DNA of 64,000 nucleotides, taken from Rhynchobatus australiae (Eukaryota). Positions 23,719 through 37,800 of this stretch are shown in pieces. The notes under the pieces are model-generated. The model was given only the letters and a program-made list of their open reading frames with translations, was not told the DNA's origin and ran no database searches. The stretch covers positions 40,584,671 through 40,648,670 of the forward strand of contig JAUZTB010000107.1 of the NCBI GenBank assembly GCA_034780895.1, read 5' to 3'. Position 1 is the stretch's first letter; each line of letters begins with the position of its first letter. The translations under genes were made by a program, and so were the position numbers.

Positions 23719-26384
23719 CAATTACCTCAACAGCTTCATTAGCAGCAAGTTCCAAATTTCTTGCCTCATTCTGGATAAGATGTTGCCCATGGAATCCATT
23801 AGATTTATTAGTTACCATCTTGGATTTAATGCCCTGTGTGCAAGCAGATGGAAATATCCCTCTGCACCTGCCCTTTCAAATCCTTTCTTCATCTCATTTT
23901 TCAGTTTTCCCTTTCTTAGGGAAAGAAGCCCTACACTATTCAATCATTCCTGTTTACTGTGACACCACGATCCCTGCATCATTGCAGTCGATCGCTTTTT
24001 CTTGTGTTCTTTGTCCTTTTTTCTAATAGGGACAACAGACCAGTTTGCAGTACTTCAACCCTAACCCTCCAGAAATGTGCTTTCATTGCTCTCCCTGTCC
24101 CTGTTAAAATTGTGTTGGTGGTTTTACTGAATTGTGGTCGAGAAATAGCTCCATGCTGTTTTTTTTTTCATTTTTAGTTAGTGTGCCAGGTCACCCCATT
24201 GCTTTTTTGTGGAAGTTGCATTTAGACCAAGAACTTCCCTCAAAGGGCTGTGGAAGCAGGGCTTTTGAATATCTCTAAGCAGACACAGACAGATTCTTGA
24301 TAAGCAAGTGGGTGATAGATTACTGGGTTTGCAAGTTGAGGTTATAATTGGGTCACCCTTATTAAATGGCAGAGCAGACTTGAGGGGCCACAAGGTCTAC
24401 TGCTACTCCTCCTCCTAAGTTATTGGTCTGTATATAAGTTCACTTGTGAGTTTCATGGGACAGCGATGTCAGGTCTCCTATACAGTACCACGTTGATCCT
24501 ACTGGTTTCAGTGTGGCATTCCCTATGGTGTTTCAAGTACTTACATCTGTCAGCAAAGTGCAATCTTTGCAGTCAGCTCTTGAAGGGCCAGAGTGCGACA
24601 TAAGCAGTGCCCTTCCAGCAACAGTGAGGGTTCTATTGCTGAATGACTGGATATTCAATGATGGGAAGATGGTGGGAATGTGTCGTTGGATCAGTGAGGA
24701 ACAGTGCCTGCAGGAGGCAAGTTCTTGGTAGAAGGGCACCATAGCAGCTCTCTATGGCTAAAGCAAGCACTCCTGGCCAGGAGGTTGCCAGGAAGGTTTC
24801 CATAAGGGCATGAGTGCACTCTCTGAATGCTCGCACTTTGCAGCGGTCTGCATTGCAGGTAAATGCCTATGCCCAAATCTATCTGTTCCTGTGGAGTTAA
24901 AGAGAAGTATGGCATTTCGGGTACCTCGCTAATATAGGAAACTGTAATATGTGGTAGAGATCAGATGCAGCAGTTGGTATGATCCTGACGGTGGGAAGTT
25001 GGGAGTGATGTGACCTTGGCCTCCATGGAAAAAGTGGTCAGGTGAGGTACCTTTTGAGGCTGTAAGAGGTAACAGATCTTAGTGAAGACAACAAATGCAG
25101 TTTCTTTTTGCTGCCCCTTTAAATGGCACCATTTCAAGGGAAACACAGAGTTAGGAATACCGAGCTGTTCTGTTTGAGAGTAAGAACTGCCATTTTTCAG
25201 TTATTGAACATCTCACTGGGGATGAATTTTGTATGCTGCAGTACCTTTAACAGCACTTGGGAGAGTTTTATGCCAGAAGAAAAGCGCTAGGGAGAAATAA
25301 GAGACATTTTTTTCTGCTATGACTTTGATTACGGATTCCAACATTAAACCACTTTATATTAATGTACCATATTAAGGTATCAATTATTATAGGTTATTCA
25401 GTGGGATTAGCCACAATCATACTGATTGACAGGGCGGGCAAAAGGGATTAAATGGCCTATCCTCCTTTTATAATCAGTCGACCTGTAACCTCTTGGACTT
25501 GTTTTATCTCCATTCTTATGTCCCATCACTCTTTTATCCATTGGAAGTGCTATCCTTGGACTAGTTACTGTGCTTCCTACATTACCTATCCCAGCGTTGT
25601 TTGGAAGCAGATTAATTAACTGTAGGGTATATCACAGCCAGTGTTCATATCTTCCTGATCCAACATTCAGTGAAACACTTTCCAACAGGCTCATTGGGGA
25701 GCAATCCAAAACAGGAACTCTGGCTGTATTTTCTCCTCTTGATTGCAAGTGTTGAAGTAAATTTTAATGCTCTGACTGATATCAACTAACTGAACACAGG
25801 CTGGAGGTTGGATCTGGGATATTTCAGTCTTAAAGAAATTATTTCTAAAATGTTGTTCATGGCTGCAGTTTAGACTGTATTTCCTCTCACTTGTGAGTGT
25901 TCTGCTTGAAATAACACTTCAATACGAATGTGTAAACTTCTTTCAAAGTCAGATAGGATAGTTTTGTGTAATGAGGGTAATATCAGGTTTGACCTGGCTC
26001 CATGCTTGGTTTCACTTGGGGCATTGGGATGTGCTACTACTCTTCTCAGTACCACTGGTTAAGGGAGGGAGAATTCGACTGGAATTCCTCCCCTGATTGA
26101 TATCCAATGTGGGACTATAAAAGAGAAATTCAAACGTGGACGGTGTTGGAGTTGTCTGTATAATGCAATGAGTGTCAGGAGTAATTCCTGTTTGGGTAAT
26201 GTACCGGAGAATAGCTACTGAAGTTAGCATATCAAGAAGTAGAGGTGGAGAAAATATCTGAGGAAAATAAAATAGTTTTTTTGTGGATTTGAAAATAGTT
26301 TGAACTTCTGGGAAGGTGCTTCTTTTAATTTATTTGTTCACTGTGATACTTATGCTTGCTGACCATCTCTAAAATCTTTTAGAC

Positions 26385-26672
26385 CGAGGTGGCAGTTCAG
26401 AGTCAGCCACATTGGTGGGTCAGGAGTCATATCTGGTGAGTCCAAACCAGGTATGGATGGTAGACTTCCTAATCAGTAAACCGGATGGATTTTTAAAGCA
26501 ATGTGGTAGTTTCATGATTACTGTTACTAAGCCTGGCTTTTGTTTTTAATTCCAGATTTACTTAAGTACTTGAATTTACATTCACCAGCTGCCATAGGGG
26601 ATTTCAAATCCACATCACTGGATCAATGGACACAAACTCTATCCACTATTTCAATAACTTAACCGCAATGCC
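26385..26672 (-). mobile_element. Old tRNA-derived SINE (second shark/ray family)
   Basis: GGCAGTTCAGAGTCAGCCACATTG ... TTTAATTCCAGATTT ... ATTCACCAGCTGCCATAGGGGATTTCAAATCC resembles a remembered elasmobranch SINE consensus. Confidence 0.5.
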
Positions 26673-27639
26673 CAATTTCTGGTGAGCCTCTAAATGTTAC
26701 AAATTACTTTAAGATTGTGAACTTTAAAACACCAACAACTTCAGTTTTAGCTGTGGGTGATCTGAATCCAGGATTACTTGTGGTTTTTACAGATTGACTT
26801 CTTGTTTATGCTGGAGAGTGTCTTCAGCCACTTTACTACTCCAAGAAGAACCACTGGGGAGTGCAAGGTTTCATCTGCTACTCTTTCTTCTAAGACTTCA
26901 TTGAACTTTTGATAATGAAGTATTTATGAACCACACAGTCATTTGAAAATATCTGCATTCCTGCATTCGCTTTTCAGATAAATTGTTTACTTGAAGTAAT
27001 TATCCTTGACACACAAAAAAAAACTTTTTTTTTATCAAACAACCACATGTTGAAAAGCCAGGAAAGTGCACTTTATGAACATGGATCCTGATCTTATGGT
27101 TTGTTTCCCTTCCCACACAAAAAGTAACAAGAAGACAGTTCTCCTTTAAACAGAACATCAGTTTTCATTCCAAGAATGTGCAACAACTTAATGGGCTTTA
27201 TTAGACAACCGCGCTCCCACCACTACACACCTTACTGGAGAATAAATACCTCTTGTATAACTGCAGACTTTTATCTGTATGATCAGTTTGCAANNNNNNN
27301 NNNNNNNNNNNNNNNNNNNNNNNNCACAGGAGATTATTTAATCCACTGATCCCTTGCACTCCTTTCTGTCCTTTAAACTTTTGCAGCCATCGCTGATTAC
27401 TGATCACTCCTCAGCGCATAATTCCTCTGAATTTTTACTTTTTGGAAAGTAAACCCAAGTGAAAGCTCAGCAGAGAGTATCTATTGTTAATGCCAATATA
27501 CCTGGTCCTGTGCCAAGAATGCTTTGTTGTCATCAACTGAAGTAAAGTACAGGGTCATACATCTTTGAATTGCAGTTTCCCTTGAGTAAATCTAGTAATC
27601 TGGGAGAATGAATGCCAACTATTTTGGTGATCCATCAAT

Positions 27640-28430
27640 GCTAGTCTTTGAGGTTATCATCAGACAGTGCCCCATGTAGAGCAATAAATACCTTTGGTCC
27701 CATGCCCTCTCTCCCTGGATGCTTATACTCAATTGCAAAGCTATTGACGAGATTGGTCCGCTTGACAGCCATAAGAAAATTCATGTCCATATGGTGCCTC
27801 TAGATTATGTAGCTGATGCAATAGCTTGGCCTTATGGTCATTAGTAGGCACTGTAGGCACAGTGAAGGATCAGCTTGTTGAACAATATTAATGTTATGAG
27901 GGGAATGAATTTAACACATGTTGTTCTGTTCTCTGTTGGACAGGAGATCCAGCATGATCTTAGAGCTCAGTGACATGGTAGGTTTGATACCTGATTAATA
28001 GACGGGATAGAAATCCAACTCAGGCTTAACGGATGGGAATCCAGCCACACATTGAAGAGCTTAAAATCAGTAGATTGTCAGTGGGTGCTGATACCACATA
28101 GAACAATCCATTTTTTCGACCTATTCCTTATTTTTGCTGGCAGAATGGTTTATGTGGCAATGACAAATGCACCATAGATGTGTGTATTACTAAACCTGGG
28201 CCTGGAATGATGTGGAAGGATGTTTATCTGACCCAGCAACGTTTGATGCTGACACCTTCTATGATCCTCACTGGACGAGGCCTAAGGAAAGAAATGAAAT
28301 TCATTTCAGTCAGAAATATGTCAGCTCTCTGTATGGTGGAATACAAATGCTTGACTCGTGGATATAGTTGCCTTCATCTGACCGCTGCAAAATTAGATTT
28401 GCCCAACTTCCCTTTAATCTTCTTAGGGAA
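27640..28430 (-). mobile_element. Possible very decayed PIF/Harbinger transposase relic
   Basis: Motif-like fragments on the minus strand occur in the expected order, but only across frameshifts: IHESSIC, DC.YVVSAPTDN..NVWL, then GDxGY-like and WLMTP-like codons. Confidence 0.3.
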
Positions 28431-29399
28431 TACATCTGGTAAAGTCTTCTCTCAAATGCAGATCAAACACCAGGATCACAACATCAATTCCTCTCAGATT
28501 TGTTACTCAGTGCTGCTGAATTCTGCTTAATCATTCTTGATATCACAATGTAGATTTTCCATCATTTTCAGTTTTGGAAATGATTGAAACAAGATTAGTC
28601 AGTATCAGATTTTTAAAGTTACCCCTGTACCAAATTGTTTCAGTCTTTTTTAAAGGAATGCTTAGCTTTCTGGCCTACTATTTGGCACAATGCTGAGAAG
28701 CCAGTGAAGATGAAGGATTGTTGGTTCAGGTGCTTGGGCAAAAGAAATATAAAATGTACCCTGGTATTATACTTAACATTACCAGGGAGAGCCAGGCAAA
28801 GTGGGAGTGACCTTGACTTTTAAAACAGTCCAGACACCTGTGTGAGCTTGTATATGAATGTTTCTGAGGACACCAATTTGAGTGTGAACTGTCTCGTGAA
28901 AGGGGAATCTGCCCGGGCATTTCTCTGCATGAAGTGTTGACAGAGGTGGCTCTCCGTGAAGCCTGGGTCAATAAGGTTATAGATTCGTATAGAGATCCAG
29001 GACAGAAACAGGCCCCTTGGCCCACTGAGTCCATACCAACCATCAACCACCCACTTACACCTACCCTACATTAATCTCATTTTTATTCTCCCCACATTCT
29101 CATCAACTCCCCCAGATCCTACTACCCAACTACACACTAGGGGCAATTTTCAATTATGCCATTTTTTTATGCTTTAACAAATTTCTATGCCCCAGTTTTA
29201 ATGGTTAGTGCCTTCAGAAAATTTCGAGGATAATTTTATGAGCACATTTAATTAAACTGGAAACATTGTTAATTATACATTCCACTGAATGGAAAGTGAT
29301 TCAGTATATGAATCAGGGACACAGACTTCACATTGACACCTGCTCTGTGATGTGTTCTAGTCAGGCAAAACATTATGAGGGCACCTCAGACTTTGAATT

Positions 29400-29945
29400 T
29401 TAACCATTTAATTCCTTTTCTAATTGTGTGCAGTTCAGGCCGCCCCATTGCAGGAAGGACATGGAGGGTTTGGAGTACGTACAGAAGTAGTTCACCAGGA
29501 TGCTGCTTGGATTAGACAGTATTGGCTATAAGGAGAGGTTGGATTGTTTTCTCTGGAGTGTCTGAAGCTGAGGGGAGACATTATAGAGGTTTATAAAATT
29601 ATGAGAGGCATAGATAGGGTAGATAGTCAGAGTCTATATCCCATGGTAGAAATGTCAAATACCAGAGGACATTACTTTAAGACGAGAGGGTGAAGGAGAT
29701 ATGTAGGGTAATTATTTTACACAGTGAGTGGTAGGTGCCTGGAATGCACTGCCTGGGTTGGTGGTGGAAGCAGACACGATAGTGGCACTTAAGAGGCATT
29801 TAGACAGGCACATGATCCTGTGAGGAATGGAGGGATATGGATCATGTGCAGGCAGATGCGGTTAGTTTAATTTGATGTCATGGTTGGTACAGACATGGTG
29901 GGCCAAAGGGCCTGTTCCTGTACCTACCGTTCAATGTTCTACATT
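29400..29945 (+). mobile_element. CR1 LINE 3' fragment (RT C-terminus plus 3'UTR)
   Basis: Coding pattern CVQF..PHCRKDMEGLE.VQK.FTRMLLGL and LRGDIIEVYKIMRGIDRVD, ending in a GGGCCAAAGGGCCTGTTCC tail. Confidence 0.9.
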
Positions 29946-31005
29946 CAATCATGTACTGTAATTACTAATGTGAGGAAAAGTCATTGGGCCTGATTTATAT
30001 CCAGCCTGTGCCTGGAGTGAACCCCTCACTGATCTGCAATGAATATTTTATTTTGAAGTTGGGCATTATGTAATTATGCATCTGATCTCCCTGAGTTACA
30101 CAAAGACCTTGTTCAAGTGTCGGTATGTCTGCTTATGTTCATACATGCATGAGCAGATTGTTTCCTGTGCGTTACTGGAAACATTTCAGGGATTCCTGAA
30201 TATTTCTACTATACATTATTTTTAAAAGACCAGCCCTCATCTGTTTCTTTACTGGAAATTAGTCAGCCCTATACTACCCTCAAGTCACTGCTTACTCCAT
30301 TGATCAATTGCATAAAGCCATTTTCTGATACTAAATTAGACAAACTTGGTGGTCCCAGGTTTGATTTATCTTGTCTGACTTGGTACATTGTAATTGGCTT
30401 CTTTGTGAAGGAAGGAAGAAGCAAGCAGGATGTCTGCTCTTGCTCAGCAGGGGCATGCACAGTGGAGAAGGGGTTGGGGTCACAGCAGGGCTATGGCACC
30501 CTCTCCCACATTAACCACACTTACATATCTGTAAATGTGCCTAACGTACACTATGAAAACATTCATATTTAAATTTCTGGACGTTACCCTGCTGCTCAGT
30601 AGCTGGTGTTTGTGCAAGTGCATGAATGTTTTTGCTGGAGGTCAGAGCAGCGTTGTCCTGACATTATGTTCTGCAAAGTATCGGTTCAGTTCACTCACAA
30701 TGTGTAGCATATCTTCAGTCTGGATCCTTTTAACTCTCCTGTATTTATTGGAAATGATGCCACAAAACCAAATAAATTTTAATCGATATTATGCAGGTGC
30801 TTTCATTCAACCATTTACTTCTTTGGAGAAGAAATGTATAAATGAGTGAATTGTGGCACTGTTTAACATCCAAAGCCCATTCAATTAATTTTACAGTGGT
30901 TACATCTTCCAATGTCAGCAATATTTCAGAAAAAGAACAAATACTACACAAAGGATAATATTTTAGTTGAACTTCATCCATTCATGGAATTGACACAAGG
31001 CTTGA

Positions 31006-31048
31006 TGTTAGCTGAATTCATTTAACGTTAGCTGAATAAATTTAACGT
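31006..31048. repeat. 21-bp tandem duplication
   Basis: GTTAGCTGAATTCATTTAAC / GTTAGCTGAATAAATTTAAC. Confidence 0.7.
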
Positions 31049-31052
31049 AAAA

Positions 31053-31660
31053 TATAGAACAGTACAGCATCAGAACAGGCCCTTCAGCCCATGATATCTG
31101 TGCTGACCGTGCTCATACACGCATGAGCATATTGTTTCCTGTTCATTATTGGAACCATTTTATGAATTACTGAATATTCCTCCTTTACAGTCTCTTTAGC
31201 CAAACTAATCCCATCTGCCTGCACATGTTTATATCCCTCCATTCCCTGCCTGTTCACGTGCCTGTCTAAATGCTGCTTAAATGTTGCTGTTGTATCTGCT
31301 TACACCACTTCCCCTGGCAGTGCGTTCCAGGCATCAACCACTCCCTGTGTAAAAAAACTTGCCCCGCATATCTCCTTTAAACTTACCGCTTCTTAAAGCT
31401 ATGTCCTGTAGTACATAACATTACATCCTGGGATAAAGACTGACTACATACACTACCTATACCTCTCATAATTTTATAAACTTCTATCAGGTCACCCCTC
31501 AGCCTTAGACCCTCAAGGAAAACAGTCCAGGTTTGTCCAACCTCTCCTTTTTGCTAATACTCTCTAATCCAGGCAGCTTCCTCGTGAACCTCTTCTGCAC
31601 CCTTGGCAAAGCCCACATATTGTAATGTGGTGACCAGAACTGCACACAGTACTCCAACTG
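31053..31660 (-). mobile_element. CR1 LINE 3' fragment carrying an internal foreign insert
   Basis: ATAGAACAGTACAGCATCAGAACAGGCCCTTCAGCCC tail; the body mirrors 29400-29945 in reverse. Confidence 0.88.
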
Positions 31661-32364
31661 GGGAGAAACAGTTTAATCACTAATGCCAAAACTGTAGTTT
31701 GACTGCCTGTTAGGAATGGAAAGCAATTTTTCAGATGGAAATAATTATTCCATATGGAGATGAACAGCTTCAAATAATGCATCAATGTGTAAAAACTTTG
31801 GTATAAAGAGGCTATCTAATGGACCGTGTTGACTTTGGTGGGAGCTTGTTCTCCTCTACAGTTAGTTGTTTGGGAAGAATTCTGGATATAATTGTTTTGT
31901 ATCAAATGCAGCTCGTTGACCACCTGCTTTTCTCCACAGGCAGATGGTGTCTGGCCTGCTGAGTTCCTCCAGCATCGTTGTGTTTTTCATATAGATTCTA
32001 GCACCTGAGTCCTTTGTTTCTCCAGCTTGCTTCAACAATCATTCGACTATAATTTTGCTTCAAAAATACTTGATTGCTGTAAAGAACATTGGGATGATGT
32101 AAAATGCAAACTGCATAAAGAAAAACACATACTTCTTTCCTTGATGCAGTTAAGTTGCATTTTTAATTCACCTTCAGGATCTGGGCATCCCTGCCAAGGC
32201 ACGCATTTGTTGCCCATCCCTAATTGCTCTTGCAAAGGTGGAGATGCTTGAATTACTGCAGTGCTTTCTGATGAAGGTTCTCCTACAGTGCTGTTGGGTA
32301 GGGAATTCCAGGATTCCTAGCAACAATGAAGGACCGACAACATCCAAATCAAAGTGGCTTGAGA

Positions 32365-32570
32365 AGTTCAATACAGTGAGAATGTTTCCCCTGGCTGAGG
32401 AGTCTAGGACCAGCGGTTATGGTTACAGAAGAAGAGGTGAGCCATTTAGAATTGAGATGAGGAGAAATTTCTTCATGTAGATAGTGGTGAGTCCGAGGAA
32501 TTCTCTACCATGCTGCAATATGGAGGCTGAATTATTAAATTCATTCAAAACTGAAATCCATAGAATCTGG
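32365..32570 (+). mobile_element. CR1 LINE 3' fragment
   Basis: RMFPLAEESRTSGYGYRRRGEPFRIEMRRNFF. Confidence 0.8.
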
Positions 32571-34604
32571 ACCATGTGGAGTCAGTGAGTTGCACTCCGA
32601 TCTGGCTGCATCCTGCAGTTGTGGTACAGACTAAACTATGGCAAGCATTATAGAGGAGTGCTCAATAACTGGATTCACTGGTGGGCTGTTGGAGCTAACC
32701 TGGTCAACAAGAATGCTAAGGCTTGGCTTATAATACTTGCAGACGCTACATAAATAAATAGACTAGCCAGTTCTTTCCTTTCCCTCAGATTTTCTGCTCA
32801 TATGTAGTAAAGAGGCCAATTTCTCAGTCTCTCTGTAACAATCCTCAAGGGTACACTACTTACATCTGTAGATTCATATTTATGACAGTGCTGGATTAAT
32901 AATGTGTTATGATGTATGCTGCAGTATTAAATACACATTTGTAATCTTTAATTGTTGCAAAATGTTTTAACTGTGAGTAATCTGTTGTAAATTCTAAATG
33001 AATTTTCTACTCTGTTGTTAATACAGCAAAGTGGTTTTGATCTATCCTTGCATTATGCCATTTTACCATCACATTGTACTTTGCTCTGGTGTGTTCTCAC
33101 CTTTGCAAACACCTGTTTAATATGAATCTTTGTTTTTTCTTGCAGCTGGGCATTATACTAAATATGACATTCCGATCAAAATTAAGTTGTTTTATATTTT
33201 CATAGAACATAAACTAAGAATTAATAATTAAATCTATTTTAATAACATACTGCTTCTAGATTCTCCAGGTATTGCTTCCATCTATATAATCCAGTCTGAA
33301 CATAACAAGGAGGTACTTACCCTGTACAAAATACTGGTTGTTTTTTTTAACTACTTGTGCCTATGTACATCACAGTTAATGTCAAGTCATGTCATCGATA
33401 TCATATTTAATTTGGATTCAGGAGGAATTTTGTTTTCCACACAGAGTAGGTGGTTCAAAGTGAAGATGACGTTGGAGGCATGGCAGAATGACAATTAATA
33501 CAGCAGTATTCTCATCAGGAAGCCTTACATTTGCCAATGTATAAGCCTCAATTAGCATCATCCAAATTCAGCCATTCTGCCTGTCAGTACTGATCCCACA
33601 CGGAGTTACCGTCGACTCCTTGAGATCAATTGTACTATCATGGGGAGATGTTGAGTAGAAATCGGGTGCTGCATTAAAGGGTGGCAGGAAAAGCTGCAGC
33701 TAAAGTCATCGCAAGCACTCTGTACCTCCCAGCTTGGCTTCGGGTGCTCACAGCTCTGTGGACGCAAGTGCAGCCTGGTAGAGACTGGCCTGAGGAAAGT
33801 TGGGCACGAGAGGAAATGGAAGTGTTCTCTAGAGAAAAAATTTTGTCCTTGAAATTTGGGAATGTGCTTTACAACAACAAGCAAGGAAAGAAGGCTAGAC
33901 TATTTAGTCTTTCAAGCCTATTCAGTTGGATCAAGGATGATCTGAATATTAACTCCATTTATTCACAGCTGAAAGAAATACATTCTATGAACCTTATCCA
34001 ATCTTTTAATTCTTTTAAAGACTTGAGTTAACTGACCCATTCATCTTTGACATTTAAGAGAAGACAAACTTCACCACTTCAAAGAGTTGCTGCTCCCGGG
34101 TAGCCATCATTTTTTTGTTATTGTGACTGCTCCCTAGAGCAGTTGGCAGGTAAATTAAGGCACTTCATACAAGTGGATAGTAGCACTGAGTGGGTGGCTT
34201 AGCTGACAGCAACAGGCATGGGCACTCAGTTATCAAGGGAAAAGAATGGCATTCCATTCAGCCGAGTTATATTGAAGTCATTCAACTCAATTACATGTAC
34301 TAACTAATGAATTGATGTAAAAGAGGTTCCACAAATATTCTGCAAATATTAATTCTGTCAGGGAGTTAAACAGAATGCATGCAGTTTATAAATACAGCAT
34401 TAAAACAGCTTGTAAAACAAAGCTGGTCACATTTTACAACCGTATCAGGGAGCAAACAAGTTGTATTTCATTATTTCAGAGTAAACACGCATCTTCAGAG
34501 ATGTCATTCTAAGTGCTAACATTAAATGGAGAACTGATAAAACTTTCTAATCTGTTCAGTCATCTGATTGACCCACTCTGGTTGGATAATTTCCAGTGCT
34601 TTAG

Positions 34605-34800
34605 TCAGCCTGGCTCGGTTGGCTGCACTGTTGAATCAGACAGTTGAGAGTTCAGGTCCAGACTTTATAATATTACCATGTAATCTGTGTGGCTGTTTTT
34701 GTCCATTGTGAGGTGCTGTCTGTCAAATGAGGCAGAACAACTGTCTGCTGATCCAAGTTGGTATAAAAGGTCGGATGCTAGAAAAGCAGCAGCTTGATTA
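34605..34800 (+). mobile_element. Decayed Deu-domain SINE fragment
   Basis: tRNA-like head GGCTCGGTTGG..GAGTTCAGGTCC, then GAGGTGCTGTCTGTCAAATGAGGC. Confidence 0.45.
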
Positions 34801-37800
34801 GAATTAATTCCAAAAGCAATACCTCCGCCCCCTCCCATTGCTCATTCATCTTCCGTTCTGGGGGGAGGTCTCAATGGACAAACAGTTCCCATTTCTTTCC
34901 GCACAGAGCAGTCTACTCTGTGAAGCAGTTTGGGTGTACTAAGGATAGTCTAAATTGTCATATAAAGATGATTTCTTTCTTTTGTAGTATGAAAATAGTT
35001 ATGGGGAGGAATAATCAAACAAATATCAGTGATTGCAGAATAAGATAGTCCTTAGTTTATTTTACTTCTTAGTTACTGGAGAGTAAACAGGAATCAGGTC
35101 AAACATCAGATAGAACTGTACAATTCTTATATTAAAAATACGAACTAAGCCTCCATCTTTTTAGTTTTACAGAAGTCCAATGGGGGGCTATAACAGATGG
35201 AGAGCTTGGAGGTTAATTTTGTTTATATTAAAGGGATTGAGTCATCTTCAATGGGTTTCCATCAGTATTTAATCTCCTTTTGTTTTAACAGGTCAGTGCG
35301 ATCTCAGTGTTTATCGCTCTGTGTTCCATGAACAACTTTTAACAATTTGCATTCTTTAATATAAAAACTTGCTCAAGACATATCCAGACAAAAATGGAAT
35401 TAGTAACATGGGCGACTTAATCCTTGGATAACAGCAATTGTTTTAAGGAGGATCTCGATTGAGAGGCAAAGAAGAGGAATAATTCCTGACAGCCAAAGTT
35501 AGCCATGCACAAGAGGTTAGATCTGGAGGAATGTTAGCCTCTTGGTGGGCTATACTGTTGCAAGAGGTTACAGAGATAGGGAAGGTGAGGAGGTGGAAGG
35601 ATTCCAATGTGAGAATAAAAATCTTAAAATCAAGGCATTTGTCCACTTACAATGTTTCAGAATTTGAAGTCATTATAAAATACAAACTTTGATATGCTGG
35701 ACAGCAGAGTGTTGGGTGCTTGTGTTCGTTGGATACATGTGGTAAGGAGTGGTGTGATACTATATGGAGCACACCTTAAGGGCTTATGAGCTACCTGATC
35801 TTAGCTAAAGTAGCAGTCAGAATATTGGCAATAGCTTTTAGATCAATGAATGAGGGAGTATGAGAGAAGATTTCTGCCATTGATTGCTCTCCAGTGACCC
35901 CTGCTGGAAGTTCACATATGTGGTTATTAATCGAAGACAATTTGGGTTTCACTGTGAAGTCTTGCGTGGTCAAATGGCTAGTCAACATTTTTGGGCTAAT
36001 AAATATCCATTATGTGAAGACAGAAATAAAGTTCCTGAAAAAAGCTTTAAGGAGAGGGAATGAGGAAAAGGGGAAGGAAACTGACACACATAAAAAGGTT
36101 AAAAATGTTTGTATAGCAACTTTTGCACTGATTGAAGAGTTTGTACCTGCAGTAGACCATTGGGATATGTCATTTAATCATTACATAATTTGTGATACAG
36201 GTCTTTGATGTGTGGCAAGTATAAAAATGGATAAAAGAAGTAAGTGAGGCTCTTCACTGCTCAGCACCCATGCTCAAACCAAACAGGTGACAATCTCAAT
36301 GGCCATGACATAACAACCACACACATTTCATCCTGCAACATCTCCATCTGTGCCAAATAAAAGCTGCTGTGAAATGGATTGCAGCACTAGTATATTTCCT
36401 GTTAATAATTTCAAGCAAACAGAGCATCAGGAACTTGATGGTTTATGAAAAAATTGATACATTGTCCTACGTTCTTAAATACTGTCATGATAATTTATCT
36501 TTTACAGTTGTTCAGCATGTGCACTGATCACTGAACCAGCAGAAGGAAGGATTCTTCTGATAGCTCTGTGTCCTATGAAGAATAACCTTAGTAATTATTA
36601 TACAGTGAGGTGTATAAATAGTTAAATATTGTTGAATCTAAATTGTGACTAATGTATCATCCTGACAGTAAAGTGGGTGCTTATGCACAATGTCAAAGGG
36701 TATTTGTAAAATCTATCTGGAAATATCCAAAGACTCCATCTTATTTTGTGTTTTGATGCATGCTGTTAGCAGTCGGCTTTATTGCTTTTATCTATGTTTT
36801 CACTTAAAAATGACGCTAGCCCTCTGTACTGACTGGTATTCTGACCTTTCCATGTAATTCTAATTTTTGGCTGAACCAAACCTACGGCACGCAATGCTTG
36901 TCGGTACAGAAGTATGATTCTGAAAATTAAGCCAGGCAGTGTTTTGTTTCTAATTGAATGTTACTATGAGAAACACATTCAAAAATACAACAGGTCAAAT
37001 TCCTATGATATTTGCTCAGTCTCGGTAAGAATACTGTGATTATATTTAGACTGGGTAAAATGTTTCTTCAGCAGATGACAATTTACTGAATGTAACTTCA
37101 GGGCCAAAGTATCTCTTCTGAGGTTGGTGGCAGCTTTCCAATTGGTCTTCAATCAAATTCAGCTCCACCAATTCTTGCCTCGGTAACAATGAATGCAATA
37201 AAAAAAAGAGCCCAGATGCTTCCTGAGTAGATAAGGCAAATCTCCTGCACTGACAGTGAAATAGATGGCTAATCTTTTGATAGAATGTTCTGATTTCCCT
37301 TCAACATGAACAATTAATCATTCTGAAGTCATGCTATATTATCGATGATCAATACATGGGTGCACTGTAGCTTTGTCTTCCTCTGCAAGTTCACATCAAC
37401 AATTAACTAGAAACACTAGCAACTCAGATCCTAATCTTTCTCTGAACAATTTAATCTTTTTCCTGTTTTAAAATGTCTGTATGTTTTATTTCTAAAAGCT
37501 AATATATTTGCTTCCATTGTGGGTTTTGAGAAAATCTTTTCCATTTTAAAAATGCTCTGCAAAAATGAAAATTCTCCTCATCTTTTCCTTTTTGGTAATA
37601 ACCTTCCTGCATTTATCTCGTACTGTCGAACCTATACTTTAATCCACCCATCCAACAAGCAAACTGGGTGCTCTTGTGTTCTGACAGTTACCCATTTCCT
37701 GTCTTGGAGTTTGTTTCCCCATTCATTCCTTTACCTCCTACAGCTTTAGAAAAGGTTGCAGAAGTTAAAAGGTCATCAGCAGCCTTTGGAGAGGCTGAAA

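Noticed and set aside
24480-24930. Possible Tx1/L1 C-terminal relic
   Set aside because: The similarity is too weak and fragmentary to support.
33681-34031. 116-aa ORF
   Set aside because: It has a non-ATG start, no recognisable domain and no splice context.
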